Part shown: piece after piece, positions 29,008 to 37,820 of the stretch
Position numbering within the stretch: position 1 is the first letter of the stretch
Layout: each line of letters starts with the position of its first letter
DNA from: Dehalococcoidia bacterium
GTDB lineage: Bacteria; Chloroflexota; Dehalococcoidia; UBA6926
NCBI GenBank assembly: GCA_034422835.1
Contig: DAOUJJ010000006.1
Location: 64,799-128,798 of the forward strand
DNA length: 64,000 nucleotides
Direction: 5' to 3'
Program-made: the position numbers and the translations under genes
Notes under the pieces: generated by a model
Database searches by the model: none
What the model was told of the DNA's origin: nothing
Seen by the model: only the letters and a program-made list of their open reading frames with translations

Positions 29008-31764
29008 CTACGCTGCCGCGCTTTGCTCTTCCTCTTCTTCAAGGGCCTCGTCGATTGTCCGGGCGATGTCCTCGATCTGTCGGGTGAGTTCCTCGGCGGA
29101 ATCGCGCAGGCCGTCCAACTCGGAACGCAGCCGTTCAATGACGGTCAGCGGTGTAATCCCATCATCGCCGGTCTGTTGCGGTCTCGTCTCGCGGATGGCA
29201 GTTGTGCCGCCCTCTCTGGCGAGAAGATTATTCAGTGATTGACTCAGAGATGGGAGCATCACCGGTTCCTCGCCCTGCTGCACAAGCACAACGCGCGTCA
29301 GCTGCGGGTAGTCGATGTCCTCGGCTTTGAGGTAGATCGGCTCCGCGTAGATGATGTTGTCGCCCACCGGGATGACGAGCAGGTTGCCGCGCAGGACGTT
29401 CGATCCGGCCTGATCCCACAAGGTGAATTGCTGTGAGATCTCAGGGTTCGTCGTAATACGCGCCTCAACCTGCTGCGGGCCGTCGATCTGCCGCTCCTTC
29501 GGGAACGTGTAGGCGATGAGCGAGCCGTAGTTTTCGCCATCGTTGCGGGCCGCCAGCCATCCAACAAGATTCGGTTTGCCGTCCGGCGTGAACGGCATGA
29601 TCAGCACAAACTCCTCCTGCTCTTCTCCCGGCAGGCCCATGATGAGGTAATAGGGTTCCATGACCTGTGCCTGATCGCTGAAGAACAACTCCAGCGGGAA
29701 GTTCCACAGGTCCTCCTGGTTATAGAAGACCTGCGGGTCCGTCATGTGGAACTTGAGATACTTGTCCGCCTGGATGGTGAAGAAATCCTCCGGGTAGCGC
29801 AGATGGGAGCGCAGCGCTTCCGGCATCTCGCTCATCGGCTTGAAGAGATCGGGGAACACGCTCTGGTAGGTGCGGATGATGCCATCCGATTCATCCGCGA
29901 TGTAGAGATCGACGGACCCGTCATAGGCGTCAATCACCGCCTTGACGCTGTTGCGAATGTAGTTGAAGCCGTTCGGCGCCGGTTCTGAATACGGGAAACG
30001 GTCGCTGATCGTGTAGGCGTCCTGGACCCAGTAGAGCTTGCCGTCCGCCACGACGATATAGGGGTCGGAATCGAGCGCAAGAAACGGCGCAAGTTGGCTG
30101 ACGCGTTCCTGAATGTCACGGTAATAGAGTATCTGGCTCTCGTTGGTGATTGCCCCGGTAATCAGGATGTTGAGATCGGTGAACCGCCACGCAAAGAGGA
30201 CGCGGGACAGGAGGCCGCTGATGGACACGCCGTTGCCCTCATAGGACTGGTAGACCGGGCCGGCGTCTGTCGGATGATCGAATTCCGGCGTCGTACTTCG
30301 CACAATCACCCAATCGTCCGTTGCCTCCCCAAAATAGACCTGCGGAACGTCGACGTGGGGCGCGCCGGTGACCGGCTCCGGCGGGATGTCCTGCAGGAAG
30401 AACTCCGGCAGGCCGTCCTGGGTGAACTCCGTCACGGGGCTCATCGCCGCGCCGTACCCGTGCGTGTATTGCAGCCGCTCATTGACCCACGTCTGCGCCT
30501 GCGGGTCCAACTGCGATTGCACAAGCTCACGCGTGCCGACCATTACCTGCCGATAATCGCCGTCAATGGTGTATCGGTCTATATCGATATCGAGGAACGA
30601 GTATTGCAGTCGGAAGAACTGGATCTGGTTATAGACGTCACGGAGCGGACGGTGATCCCAGAGGCGGATGTTTTCGAACGTGCCCGGGTTGGCGTCCACG
30701 ATCTCATGGGTGATGCTCTCCGGGCTTGAGTCGTATGGCTGCTCTTCGATGCGGTTGAGCGCAAATCCTTCCCGCGTCATCTCGATACTGCGCTCGATGT
30801 AGGTTTGCTCACGCTCAAATTCATTTGGCTGCACCTGGAAACGCTGAACGGCTGCGGGCAGGAGCCCGGTGCCGACGGTCAGCGCAAGGAACCAGATGCC
30901 GATGGCGGCCAACGGAAGGCTCTGCCAACGGAGGAAGGAGTTGGCCGCAAGCAAGATGGCGACCACGATGCTGATGACGATCAGAAGCCGCAGAGCCGGC
31001 TGACGAATCACAACGTCCGTGTAGGCTGCGCCATACGCGGCGCCCCGCGCCGAGTACAGAAGTTCCTGAAGGCTGAGCCAATAACCGATAGCAAGCAGCA
31101 GGAAGAAGATGACACCCAAGCCTGACAGGTGGGCGCGAAGGGTGGGCGTCAGCGAGAACTGGAAGCCTCCGAGGGCGAAATTGATGGCGTAGATACCGAC
31201 GGCAAAGAGGGCGTTGACAATGACAACACCCAGCGCCCACCCCTGCAGGAATCGATAGAAGGGCAGATCAAACAGGTATGCCGAGACATCGCGGTTGTAG
31301 AGCGGGTCTGTCAGGTTGAACATTTCTGCGTTTGTAAACCGCAGCGCCGTTTCCCAATAACCGGACGCCGCCGCGCCAAAGACAATCGACAGCAGGACAC
31401 CGGCGACGATGAGGCCGATGACGACCAGCCGCCGCGCCCACGTGAGCGCCTCAAGCGGAATGTTCAGGGCCGCTTCGGGCGAGATGCCTTTCGGCGAGTA
31501 GCGCTCCGCCAGGTAAACATTCGCGCCAAAGACGGCAGCGAAAATGAGCGCGCCGAGTACGAACAGGGCGATGCGCGTCGTGAGAATGGTTGTGAAGACG
31601 GACAGATAGCCGAGATTGTCGAACCAGCGCCAATCGACGTAGATGTTGGCGGCTATGGAGCCGCCGATCCAGAGTAGGAGCAGCGCGCCGAGTGGAATCG
31701 CCCAATTGAGAATTGAGGATAGGCGCGGCGGCTCCCGCCGCTCGAATTCGTCCAGAAAGCTCAC
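29008..31764 (-). CDS. UPF0182 family integral membrane protein, 918 aa
   Basis: N-terminal multi-TM region, then a large extracytoplasmic domain and an acidic C-terminus. Length and architecture are typical of UPF0182. Confidence 0.8.
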   Translation of the reverse strand: MSFLDEFERREPPRLSSILNWAIPLGALLLLWIGGSIAANIYVDWRWFDNLGYLSVFTTILTTRIALFVLGALIFAAVFGANVYLAERYSPKGISPEAALNIPLEALTWARRLVVIGLIVAGVLLSIVFGAAASGYWETALRFTNAEMFNLTDPLYNRDVSAYLFDLPFYRFLQGWALGVVIVNALFAVGIYAINFALGGFQFSLTPTLRAHLSGLGVIFFLLLAIGYWLSLQELLYSARGAAYGAAYTDVVIRQPALRLLIVISIVVAILLAANSFLRWQSLPLAAIGIWFLALTVGTGLLPAAVQRFQVQPNEFEREQTYIERSIEMTREGFALNRIEEQPYDSSPESITHEIVDANPGTFENIRLWDHRPLRDVYNQIQFFRLQYSFLDIDIDRYTIDGDYRQVMVGTRELVQSQLDPQAQTWVNERLQYTHGYGAAMSPVTEFTQDGLPEFFLQDIPPEPVTGAPHVDVPQVYFGEATDDWVIVRSTTPEFDHPTDAGPVYQSYEGNGVSISGLLSRVLFAWRFTDLNILITGAITNESQILYYRDIQERVSQLAPFLALDSDPYIVVADGKLYWVQDAYTISDRFPYSEPAPNGFNYIRNSVKAVIDAYDGSVDLYIADESDGIIRTYQSVFPDLFKPMSEMPEALRSHLRYPEDFFTIQADKYLKFHMTDPQVFYNQEDLWNFPLELFFSDQAQVMEPYYLIMGLPGEEQEEFVLIMPFTPDGKPNLVGWLAARNDGENYGSLIAYTFPKERQIDGPQQVEARITTNPEISQQFTLWDQAGSNVLRGNLLVIPVGDNIIYAEPIYLKAEDIDYPQLTRVVLVQQGEEPVMLPSLSQSLNNLLAREGGTTAIRETRPQQTGDDGITPLTVIERLRSELDGLRDSAEELTRQIEDIARTIDEALEEEEEQSAAA

Positions 31765-32570
31765 GCTGTTGCTCCTGCCGTTGCGGCCTGTTTAGTCTCT
31801 CTCACAATGCGCGTGCCGGTGTCATGTTCAAGCGCGTCACGCAGGGCATTGGGCACACGGCCATCGATAATCTGCGCGGTCTGGGCATGGGCCAAAGCGT
31901 TCAGGCACGCTGTTACCTTGGGAATCATGCCGCCGGTGATGATACCGTCATCTATTAACTCTCGTACGCGCTCCTCAGATAGAGTGGGCAGCAGTTCCCC
32001 GTCAGCGCCCAACACGCCTGGCACGTCCGTCATGAAAATGACGCGATCGGCCTCCAGAGCGCCTGCCAGAGCCCCTGCCACGGAGTCCGCGTTGACGTTC
32101 AGCAGCCTGCCCTTGTCATTCGTGTCTATGGAGACGGGTGAAAAGACCGGGATGAAATCGCGGTGCAACAGACCAAGGATGAGATCGGTTTCGACAGCCG
32201 CAACCTCGCCCACACGACCAAGCTCAGGGTCTTTCACTTCGGCGGCGATAACCGCGCCGTCCGCGCCGGTCAGACCAACGCCGCGTCCACCGGCCTCTCC
32301 GATAGACGCCACGATGCGCGTATTGACCAAGCCGCATAGAACCGCCGTAACGACGTCCAACGCCTCGTCACTCGTAACACGCAGGCCGCGCACGAACGTC
32401 GATTCAACGCCCACCTGGTCGAGCCACTGAGATATGAGGGGGCCTCCGCCGTGAACGACAACAGGCCGGACGCCTTGCCTCTGCACGGCAACCAGGTCCT
32501 GAAAGGTTGTATCGTCGGGGCCAAGGGCGTTCCCGCCTATCTTGACGACTATCCGGGCATTTTCAGCCAT
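31761..32570 (-). CDS. argB: Acetylglutamate kinase
   Basis: Amino-acid kinase family (VVKIGGNAL, VVVHGGGP); 269 aa. Confidence 0.92.
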   Translation of the reverse strand: MAENARIVVKIGGNALGPDDTTFQDLVAVQRQGVRPVVVHGGGPLISQWLDQVGVESTFVRGLRVTSDEALDVVTAVLCGLVNTRIVASIGEAGGRGVGLTGADGAVIAAEVKDPELGRVGEVAAVETDLILGLLHRDFIPVFSPVSIDTNDKGRLLNVNADSVAGALAGALEADRVIFMTDVPGVLGADGELLPTLSEERVRELIDDGIITGGMIPKVTACLNALAHAQTAQIIDGRVPNALRDALEHDTGTRIVRETKQAATAGATA

Positions 32571-32658
32571 TACGCTCCCACATCAATTATTAGCCGAAGC
32601 AGCATTCAGCGTACCAGAGTACGAATGGAGGCGGGACGAGCAAACCGTGTCCTGACAC

Positions 32659-33870
32659 TCAGGTGGTGTACTCACCGTTGATGCGAACATATTCATAGGA
32701 GAAATCGCACGTCCACGCCGTCGCCGCCCCATCAGCGAGGTCGAGCGATACGTCAAACCGCACCTCAGGCTGCTTCATGCGCTCAACGGCATCGTCCCTG
32801 TCAAAGGGAACGGCCTGCCCGTTCTCCAACACGCAGATGTCGTTGAAATGCAGCGTCACTTTTGATTCCTGCATCTCGATCCCACTGCGCCCCAGCGCCA
32901 TCATCACCCGGCCCCAGTTGGGATCATTGCCAAAGACAGCGGTCTTGACCAGTGGTGACGTGGAGATGACGCGGGCGGCCTGCCGGGCGTCTTCATCGCT
33001 GAGGGCGCCGGACACGTTGATCTCGATGAGCTTTGTAGCCCCCTCGCCATCTCTCACGATGGCCTTTGCCAGTTCCATGGAGACTTGAGTGATAGCCTCT
33101 TCTATGAGTGCCTCATCTTCTCCGCTGCTGATAGGAGTGTTGCCGGCCGCGCCGTTGGCGATGACGATGAACGTGTCATTTGTAGACGTGTCTCCATCAA
33201 CGCTTATCACGTTGAACGAGCGATTCGCGGCCCGCTGAACGATGCCATTCAGGCAGTCCTGTTCGATCGCCGCGTCCGTCGTGACGAATGCGAGCATCGT
33301 TGCCATGTCCGGGTGGATCATGCCGGAACCCTTGGTTGCGCCCGCGACAGTGACGGTCTCACCGCCGATCTCCACGGTGACGGCGCTTTCCTTTGAGACG
33401 AGATCCGTTGTCATGATTGCAAACGCAAAGTCGTGGCCGGCACCGTCGGCGAGCTCTACGGCATCGATTCCGCGGCGCATCACGTCCATGGGCATGGGAA
33501 CGCCGATGACGCCCGTGCTGCAGACAAGCACTTCCTCCGGGCGCAGGCCAAGCTTCTCGGCCACCGCCTGTGCCGAGGCCCGGGCATCGATCATTCCCTG
33601 CTCTCCGACCGCCGCGTTGGCGTTGCCGCTGTTGACGACAACAGCGCGAGGGGCCGCTTTGCCGATATGCTCGCGGCTTAGCACCACGGGCGCCGCCGTA
33701 ACCTTGTTCTTCGTGAAAACCGCCGCGCCCGTCGTCTCGCCATCCGCAGCAAGGATGGTCACGTCGAGGACATCCTCCGGCGTATCTGAGCGGATGCCGG
33801 CATGAACGGCGCCTGCGCGAAATCCACACGGCGAGGTGACGGAGCCGTTGTCGAGTGGCGTGATGGTCAT
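32659..33870 (-). CDS. argJ: Bifunctional glutamate N-acetyltransferase / amino-acid acetyltransferase
   Basis: ArgJ motifs (GFRAGAVHAGI, ATML autoproteolysis site in GMIHPDMATMLAFV). ATG at 33870 after AGGAGA gives 403 aa. The track's 504-aa extension is unsupported. Confidence 0.9.
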   Translation of the reverse strand: MTITPLDNGSVTSPCGFRAGAVHAGIRSDTPEDVLDVTILAADGETTGAAVFTKNKVTAAPVVLSREHIGKAAPRAVVVNSGNANAAVGEQGMIDARASAQAVAEKLGLRPEEVLVCSTGVIGVPMPMDVMRRGIDAVELADGAGHDFAFAIMTTDLVSKESAVTVEIGGETVTVAGATKGSGMIHPDMATMLAFVTTDAAIEQDCLNGIVQRAANRSFNVISVDGDTSTNDTFIVIANGAAGNTPISSGEDEALIEEAITQVSMELAKAIVRDGEGATKLIEINVSGALSDEDARQAARVISTSPLVKTAVFGNDPNWGRVMMALGRSGIEMQESKVTLHFNDICVLENGQAVPFDRDDAVERMKQPEVRFDVSLDLADGAATAWTCDFSYEYVRINGEYTT

Positions 33871-33975
33871 TCCTTGTATCTCCTGACAGACATATCCTGT
33901 CCGTCTACAAGCTCTACGATACATGGAAACAACGGGGCGTACAGGTACAATGCCACCAAGTGAAAGGACGCGGCC

Positions 33976-34203
33976 ATGCCAACGAGCACGGATACAGAGA
34001 TTATCTTCATGGTGCGGGACGATCCTCTTGACGGCGGTTTCAATGCCTCTGCCCTTGGCTACGCAATCCATACGCAGGGCGACACTTTCGACGAACTGCG
34101 ATCCAACGTGCGTGAAGCCTTCGATGTGTTCTTCGATGAAGACATGCCGCGGCCAAAGATCATTCGCCTTCACTATGTGCGAGACGAAGTAATGGCTCCG
34201 TAA
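33976..34203 (+). CDS. UPF0150/HicB-like family small protein, 75 aa
   Basis: GGFNASALGYAIHTQGDTFDELRSNVREAFDVFF resembles the HicB/UPF0150 N-terminal RNase-H-like fold. No adjacent HicA. Confidence 0.45.
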   Translation: MPTSTDTEIIFMVRDDPLDGGFNASALGYAIHTQGDTFDELRSNVREAFDVFFDEDMPRPKIIRLHYVRDEVMAP

Positions 34204-34273
34204 GACTCTAACAAGTCGGCAATACCGTAACTGGCCTCAACATACTTTCCATTTGTCTCCGAGGGGAATTCTT

Positions 34274-36568
34274 ATGACACAAACGCAGCAAGAAGGAACG
34301 CGCATTGTTGGGCGGGGGGTTCAACGCGTCGATAGCGCTGAACGCCTGACCGGCGAGGCCGTGTTCGGCGCGGATCACACCACGGAGGGCACGCTGTACG
34401 CCAAGCTGGTCCGCAGCCCCTACGCCAATGCGCGCGTTCTCAGCATCGATGTCTCAAAGGCCGCGGCCATGCCCGGCGTGCGTGCAATCGTCACGTCCGC
34501 CGACTTTCCCTACATCGCCATGAGCAACCAGGCCGTCGGCGGCGAGATCACCATGACGCCGCGTGATCAGCGGCGGATGCAGATGGCGGAGGACCGCATC
34601 TTCTATCACTGGCAAGCCGTCGCCGCGATCGCTGCGGACGACGTGACGACTGCCGAGGAGGCCGCCGCGCTCGTTGAGGTTGAGTACGAGCCGATTGAAC
34701 CTGTCGTTGACGTGGAGCGCGCCGTTCGGCCTGAGTCATCCCTCGTTCACGATGATCTCTACACGTGGGAGTTCGCCGGGGGGCCGTCCGACAGACCAAG
34801 CAACATAGCTCGCCGCGTTGAGTTTGAGCGCGGCGACGTTGAGCAGGGCTTTGCCGAAGCGGACATCGTCATTGAGAGGACCTTCCGCGGCGGCACCGTC
34901 CACCAGGGATATTTGGAGCCGCAGGCATGCACGGTGGACGTGCGCGAGGACGGCCATCTGACCGTGTATTCATCCAGCCAGATCAGTTTTAACTTGCGCG
35001 ATACGCTGTCCATCATCCTCGGCCTGCCGCAGGACAAGATCACTGTCGTGCCGCTGGAGATCGGCGGCGGATTTGGCGGCAAGGCGGGGCTTGGCATCGA
35101 GTTCGTGACGGCGCTGCTGGCAATGAAGGCTCGCCAACCCGTCAAGTTGGTGCTTGCGCGTGAGGAGGTCTTTCGCGCGTCCGGGCCCACGTGCGCCCAC
35201 GTCATCAATCTCCGCATCGGCGCGATGCGAGACGGCACGGTGACGGCGTTCGACGGCCGCTATCTGCTGGACACCGGCGCGATGACGGGTTTCACACATT
35301 CCGCCACCGCGGCGCTGACCGGCGCATCGCACTACCGCTTCAAGCATCTGCACATTGACGCCTATGACGTTGTGACGAACAAGCCTGTCGCGATGGCCTA
35401 CCGCGCTCCGAGCGGCCCCATCGGCAACTACCCGACCGAGGTCGTGATGGATGAGCTTGCAGAGGAATTGGGGATGGATCCCATCGACCTCCGTCTTAAG
35501 AACGTGACGGAGGAGGGCGACCCGCTCCCCAACAGCCTCAATATGCCGGTCTGGGGCCTGAAGAAGATTCTGCTCGCCGCAAAGGAGCATCCCGCATGGA
35601 CTGATCCCGTGCCGGATGGACACGGTCGCGGCTTTGCGGCGGCGTACTGGGGCGGCGCGACGCTCACATCGAGCGCGGAGATCGTCGTCAACCCGGACGC
35701 GACGTTCGAGGTCACAACCGGTTCAGTCGACCTCACAGGCACGCGCACGACGATGGCGCAGTTCGCCGCCGAAGAGTTGGGCGTGGAGATGGAGCAGGTC
35801 AGCGTCCGCAGCGGCGATACGGACTCCGTCGGCCATACGGACGGGTCGTTCGGCAGCCGCACGACACTCACGACGGGAACCGCCGTGATGCTCGGCGCCC
35901 GTGACGCGCTGGAGCGGCTGCGCGCCGTCGCGGCGGACATGCTCCGCGTCGAACCGGACTTCGTCGACTACGAGAATCAGACATTCACAGCGCGTGATTC
36001 CGATCGGAGCGTCACCCTGGCCGATGCTTGCAAGGCGGCGGTGGAGGCCAATGAGGGCGAGGAGCTGAAGGTCATCAACATGGCAACGGGGCTGCCTGCC
36101 GCGCCAACGTCAGCGGCGTCCATCGCGGAGGTGGCGGTCGACAAGGCAACCGGTCGGACGGAGATCAAGCGGTTTACGATCTTCCAGGACCCCGGCAACG
36201 CGATCAATCCGCTGGCCGTCGAGGGCCAGATGCAGGGCGGCGCGGCGCAGGGCATCGGCTGGGCGCTGTGGGAGGTGTACGACGTCGACGTCGCGACGGG
36301 CATGATCCGCAACCCGAACTTTTTGGACTACCGGATGCCGACGACTGTTGACGTGCCGATGATCGAGCCGGTCATCGTGTCTACGCCGAACCCGAGCGGG
36401 CCGCACGGGGCGCGGGGTGTGGGCGAGATACCCTTGGTCACACCCGTGGGCGCAATCGGCAACGCCATCTACCACGCAACGGGCGTCCGCCTGCACCAAA
36501 CGCCATTCACGCCTGAGCGGGTCTTGTGGGGGCTAAAGGGGTTGGAGGGGGCCACTCGACCAGCGTAG
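34274..36568 (+). CDS. Xanthine dehydrogenase / CoxL-family molybdopterin-binding subunit, 764 aa
   Basis: Aldehyde oxidase/xanthine DH a/b hammerhead and MoCo-binding domains, seen as conserved Gly-rich blocks. ATG at 34274 follows GAGGGG. Confidence 0.9.
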   Translation: MTQTQQEGTRIVGRGVQRVDSAERLTGEAVFGADHTTEGTLYAKLVRSPYANARVLSIDVSKAAAMPGVRAIVTSADFPYIAMSNQAVGGEITMTPRDQRRMQMAEDRIFYHWQAVAAIAADDVTTAEEAAALVEVEYEPIEPVVDVERAVRPESSLVHDDLYTWEFAGGPSDRPSNIARRVEFERGDVEQGFAEADIVIERTFRGGTVHQGYLEPQACTVDVREDGHLTVYSSSQISFNLRDTLSIILGLPQDKITVVPLEIGGGFGGKAGLGIEFVTALLAMKARQPVKLVLAREEVFRASGPTCAHVINLRIGAMRDGTVTAFDGRYLLDTGAMTGFTHSATAALTGASHYRFKHLHIDAYDVVTNKPVAMAYRAPSGPIGNYPTEVVMDELAEELGMDPIDLRLKNVTEEGDPLPNSLNMPVWGLKKILLAAKEHPAWTDPVPDGHGRGFAAAYWGGATLTSSAEIVVNPDATFEVTTGSVDLTGTRTTMAQFAAEELGVEMEQVSVRSGDTDSVGHTDGSFGSRTTLTTGTAVMLGARDALERLRAVAADMLRVEPDFVDYENQTFTARDSDRSVTLADACKAAVEANEGEELKVINMATGLPAAPTSAASIAEVAVDKATGRTEIKRFTIFQDPGNAINPLAVEGQMQGGAAQGIGWALWEVYDVDVATGMIRNPNFLDYRMPTTVDVPMIEPVIVSTPNPSGPHGARGVGEIPLVTPVGAIGNAIYHATGVRLHQTPFTPERVLWGLKGLEGATRPA

Positions 36569-36596
36569 CGCACGAGACCTTCCGAAAGGCAGACTG

Positions 36597-37178
36597 ATGG
36601 CGGATTACACTCTCGATTTTCATGGCACGCAACCATCTTGGCTAGAAGCTAAGCAGGAATTCCTCGACCTTTACCATCGAGCATTAAGGCAGTCCGGCAG
36701 CAAACGCAGATCGCGAATTGACGTTGTTCATGGGTACGGATCAACCGGTGAGGGAGGCGTGATTCGTGATTCTCTTCGAGACTTCCTAGCTACACGATTG
36801 AAGTACCTAGAATATAGGCCGGGTGAAGTCGTGGACAACAATTCGGGGCACACAATAGTAATTCCTCGGCTACCCATACCCGGTTACGAGTACCAGCGCC
36901 CACAAAGATCTCGCGACTCTCAGCATGTTTCGCGAAGTCCTTCAGTTCCTCAGAAAAGTACAGTGCGGCGGGCAAGCAGCAACAGGGTCGTCGAGAACGA
37001 AATCCTAGGCTATTGTTCAGAATCGCGCACAATGCATGAGATTCATCTGCGGCTGAATGGCCGACTCGGACAATCTCAATTGAGTGCATTGGTTTGGTCC
37101 CTAATTGCAGAGCGCAAGCTAATCACCCGAACCAGCAACGGTAAACTTGTATTCCGGAGTCACAATAAATCAACGTAG
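36597..37178 (+). CDS. Smr-domain protein with C-terminal winged-helix-like region, 193 aa (low-GC)
   Basis: LDFHGTQPSWLEAKQEFLDLYHRALRQSGSKRRSRIDVVHGYGSTGEGGVIRDSLRDFL matches the Smr (MutS2 C-terminal) nuclease domain. GC is ~48%. Confidence 0.6.
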   Translation: MADYTLDFHGTQPSWLEAKQEFLDLYHRALRQSGSKRRSRIDVVHGYGSTGEGGVIRDSLRDFLATRLKYLEYRPGEVVDNNSGHTIVIPRLPIPGYEYQRPQRSRDSQHVSRSPSVPQKSTVRRASSNRVVENEILGYCSESRTMHEIHLRLNGRLGQSQLSALVWSLIAERKLITRTSNGKLVFRSHNKST

Positions 37179-37303
37179 TGGATTTCTACGGTGGGGTGCA
37201 TGAATCGACGGCCTTGTTTCGATGACGAGACGCTGGATTATTACCGCGAGTTGTTTGCGGAGGGGTAGGCTCAGAGCTGCCATGGGCAGCTAAGGACTTC
37301 TGG

Positions 37304-37383
37304 ATTCCCGCTTTCGCGGGAATGACGAGGCGGGGAGCCTACTCCTCGTCTTCCTCCGCATCATCATCCAAGATTTCGGCGTC
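37304..37383. repeat. 80-bp direct repeat copy A: REP palindrome plus duplicated gyrA 3' end (last 14 codons + stop)
   Basis: 77/80 identical to 37741-37820. Copy A lacks the rest of gyrA (stops after 3 codons upstream). Confidence 0.85.
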
Positions 37384-37515
37384 ACCGCTGTGACCTGTTT
37401 TCCAGCACTGTGATAGAGTGGTTGCGCACATTTGACGCCATCGTAAACGAGAGCATAACCGCGGGAAATCTGGTTGCTCCATTAGGCATACCGAGCTAAA
37501 GGAAGGAGCATAACG

Positions 37516-37740
37516 GTGCCGGAAGAGCCCCTGGGCTACGTTGATCTGACGCTCAAATACGAGTTTGAGGAAGAACAGTGGATTGGAGTTTGCCTCGAAC
37601 TCAGCACGAGCACATTCGCCGATACGCTCGATGAGGTACAGGACGACCTAACGCGACTTGTCATCGAACACCTCAACCTCTTGGAAGACGCCGGCGAAAG
37701 AGAGCGATTCTTCAAGGAGCATGACATCTCTTACCACTAG
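37516..37740 (+). CDS. HicB/UPF0150-like small protein (74 aa) lying exactly between the two 80-bp direct repeats
   Basis: YVDLTLKYEFEEEQWIGVCLELSTSTFADTLDEVQDDLTRLVIEHL resembles the HicB N-terminal domain. The stop codon abuts repeat copy B. Low GC. Confidence 0.45.
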   Translation: MPEEPLGYVDLTLKYEFEEEQWIGVCLELSTSTFADTLDEVQDDLTRLVIEHLNLLEDAGERERFFKEHDISYH

Positions 37741-37820
37741 ATTCCCGCTTTCGCGGGAATGACGGGGCGGGGAGCCTACTCCTCGTCTTCCTCCGCATCA
37801 TCATCCAGGATGTCGGCGTC
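37741..37820. repeat. 80-bp direct repeat copy B (genuine gyrA 3' end + downstream REP palindrome)
   Basis: Partner of copy A at 37304-37383. Confidence 0.85.
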
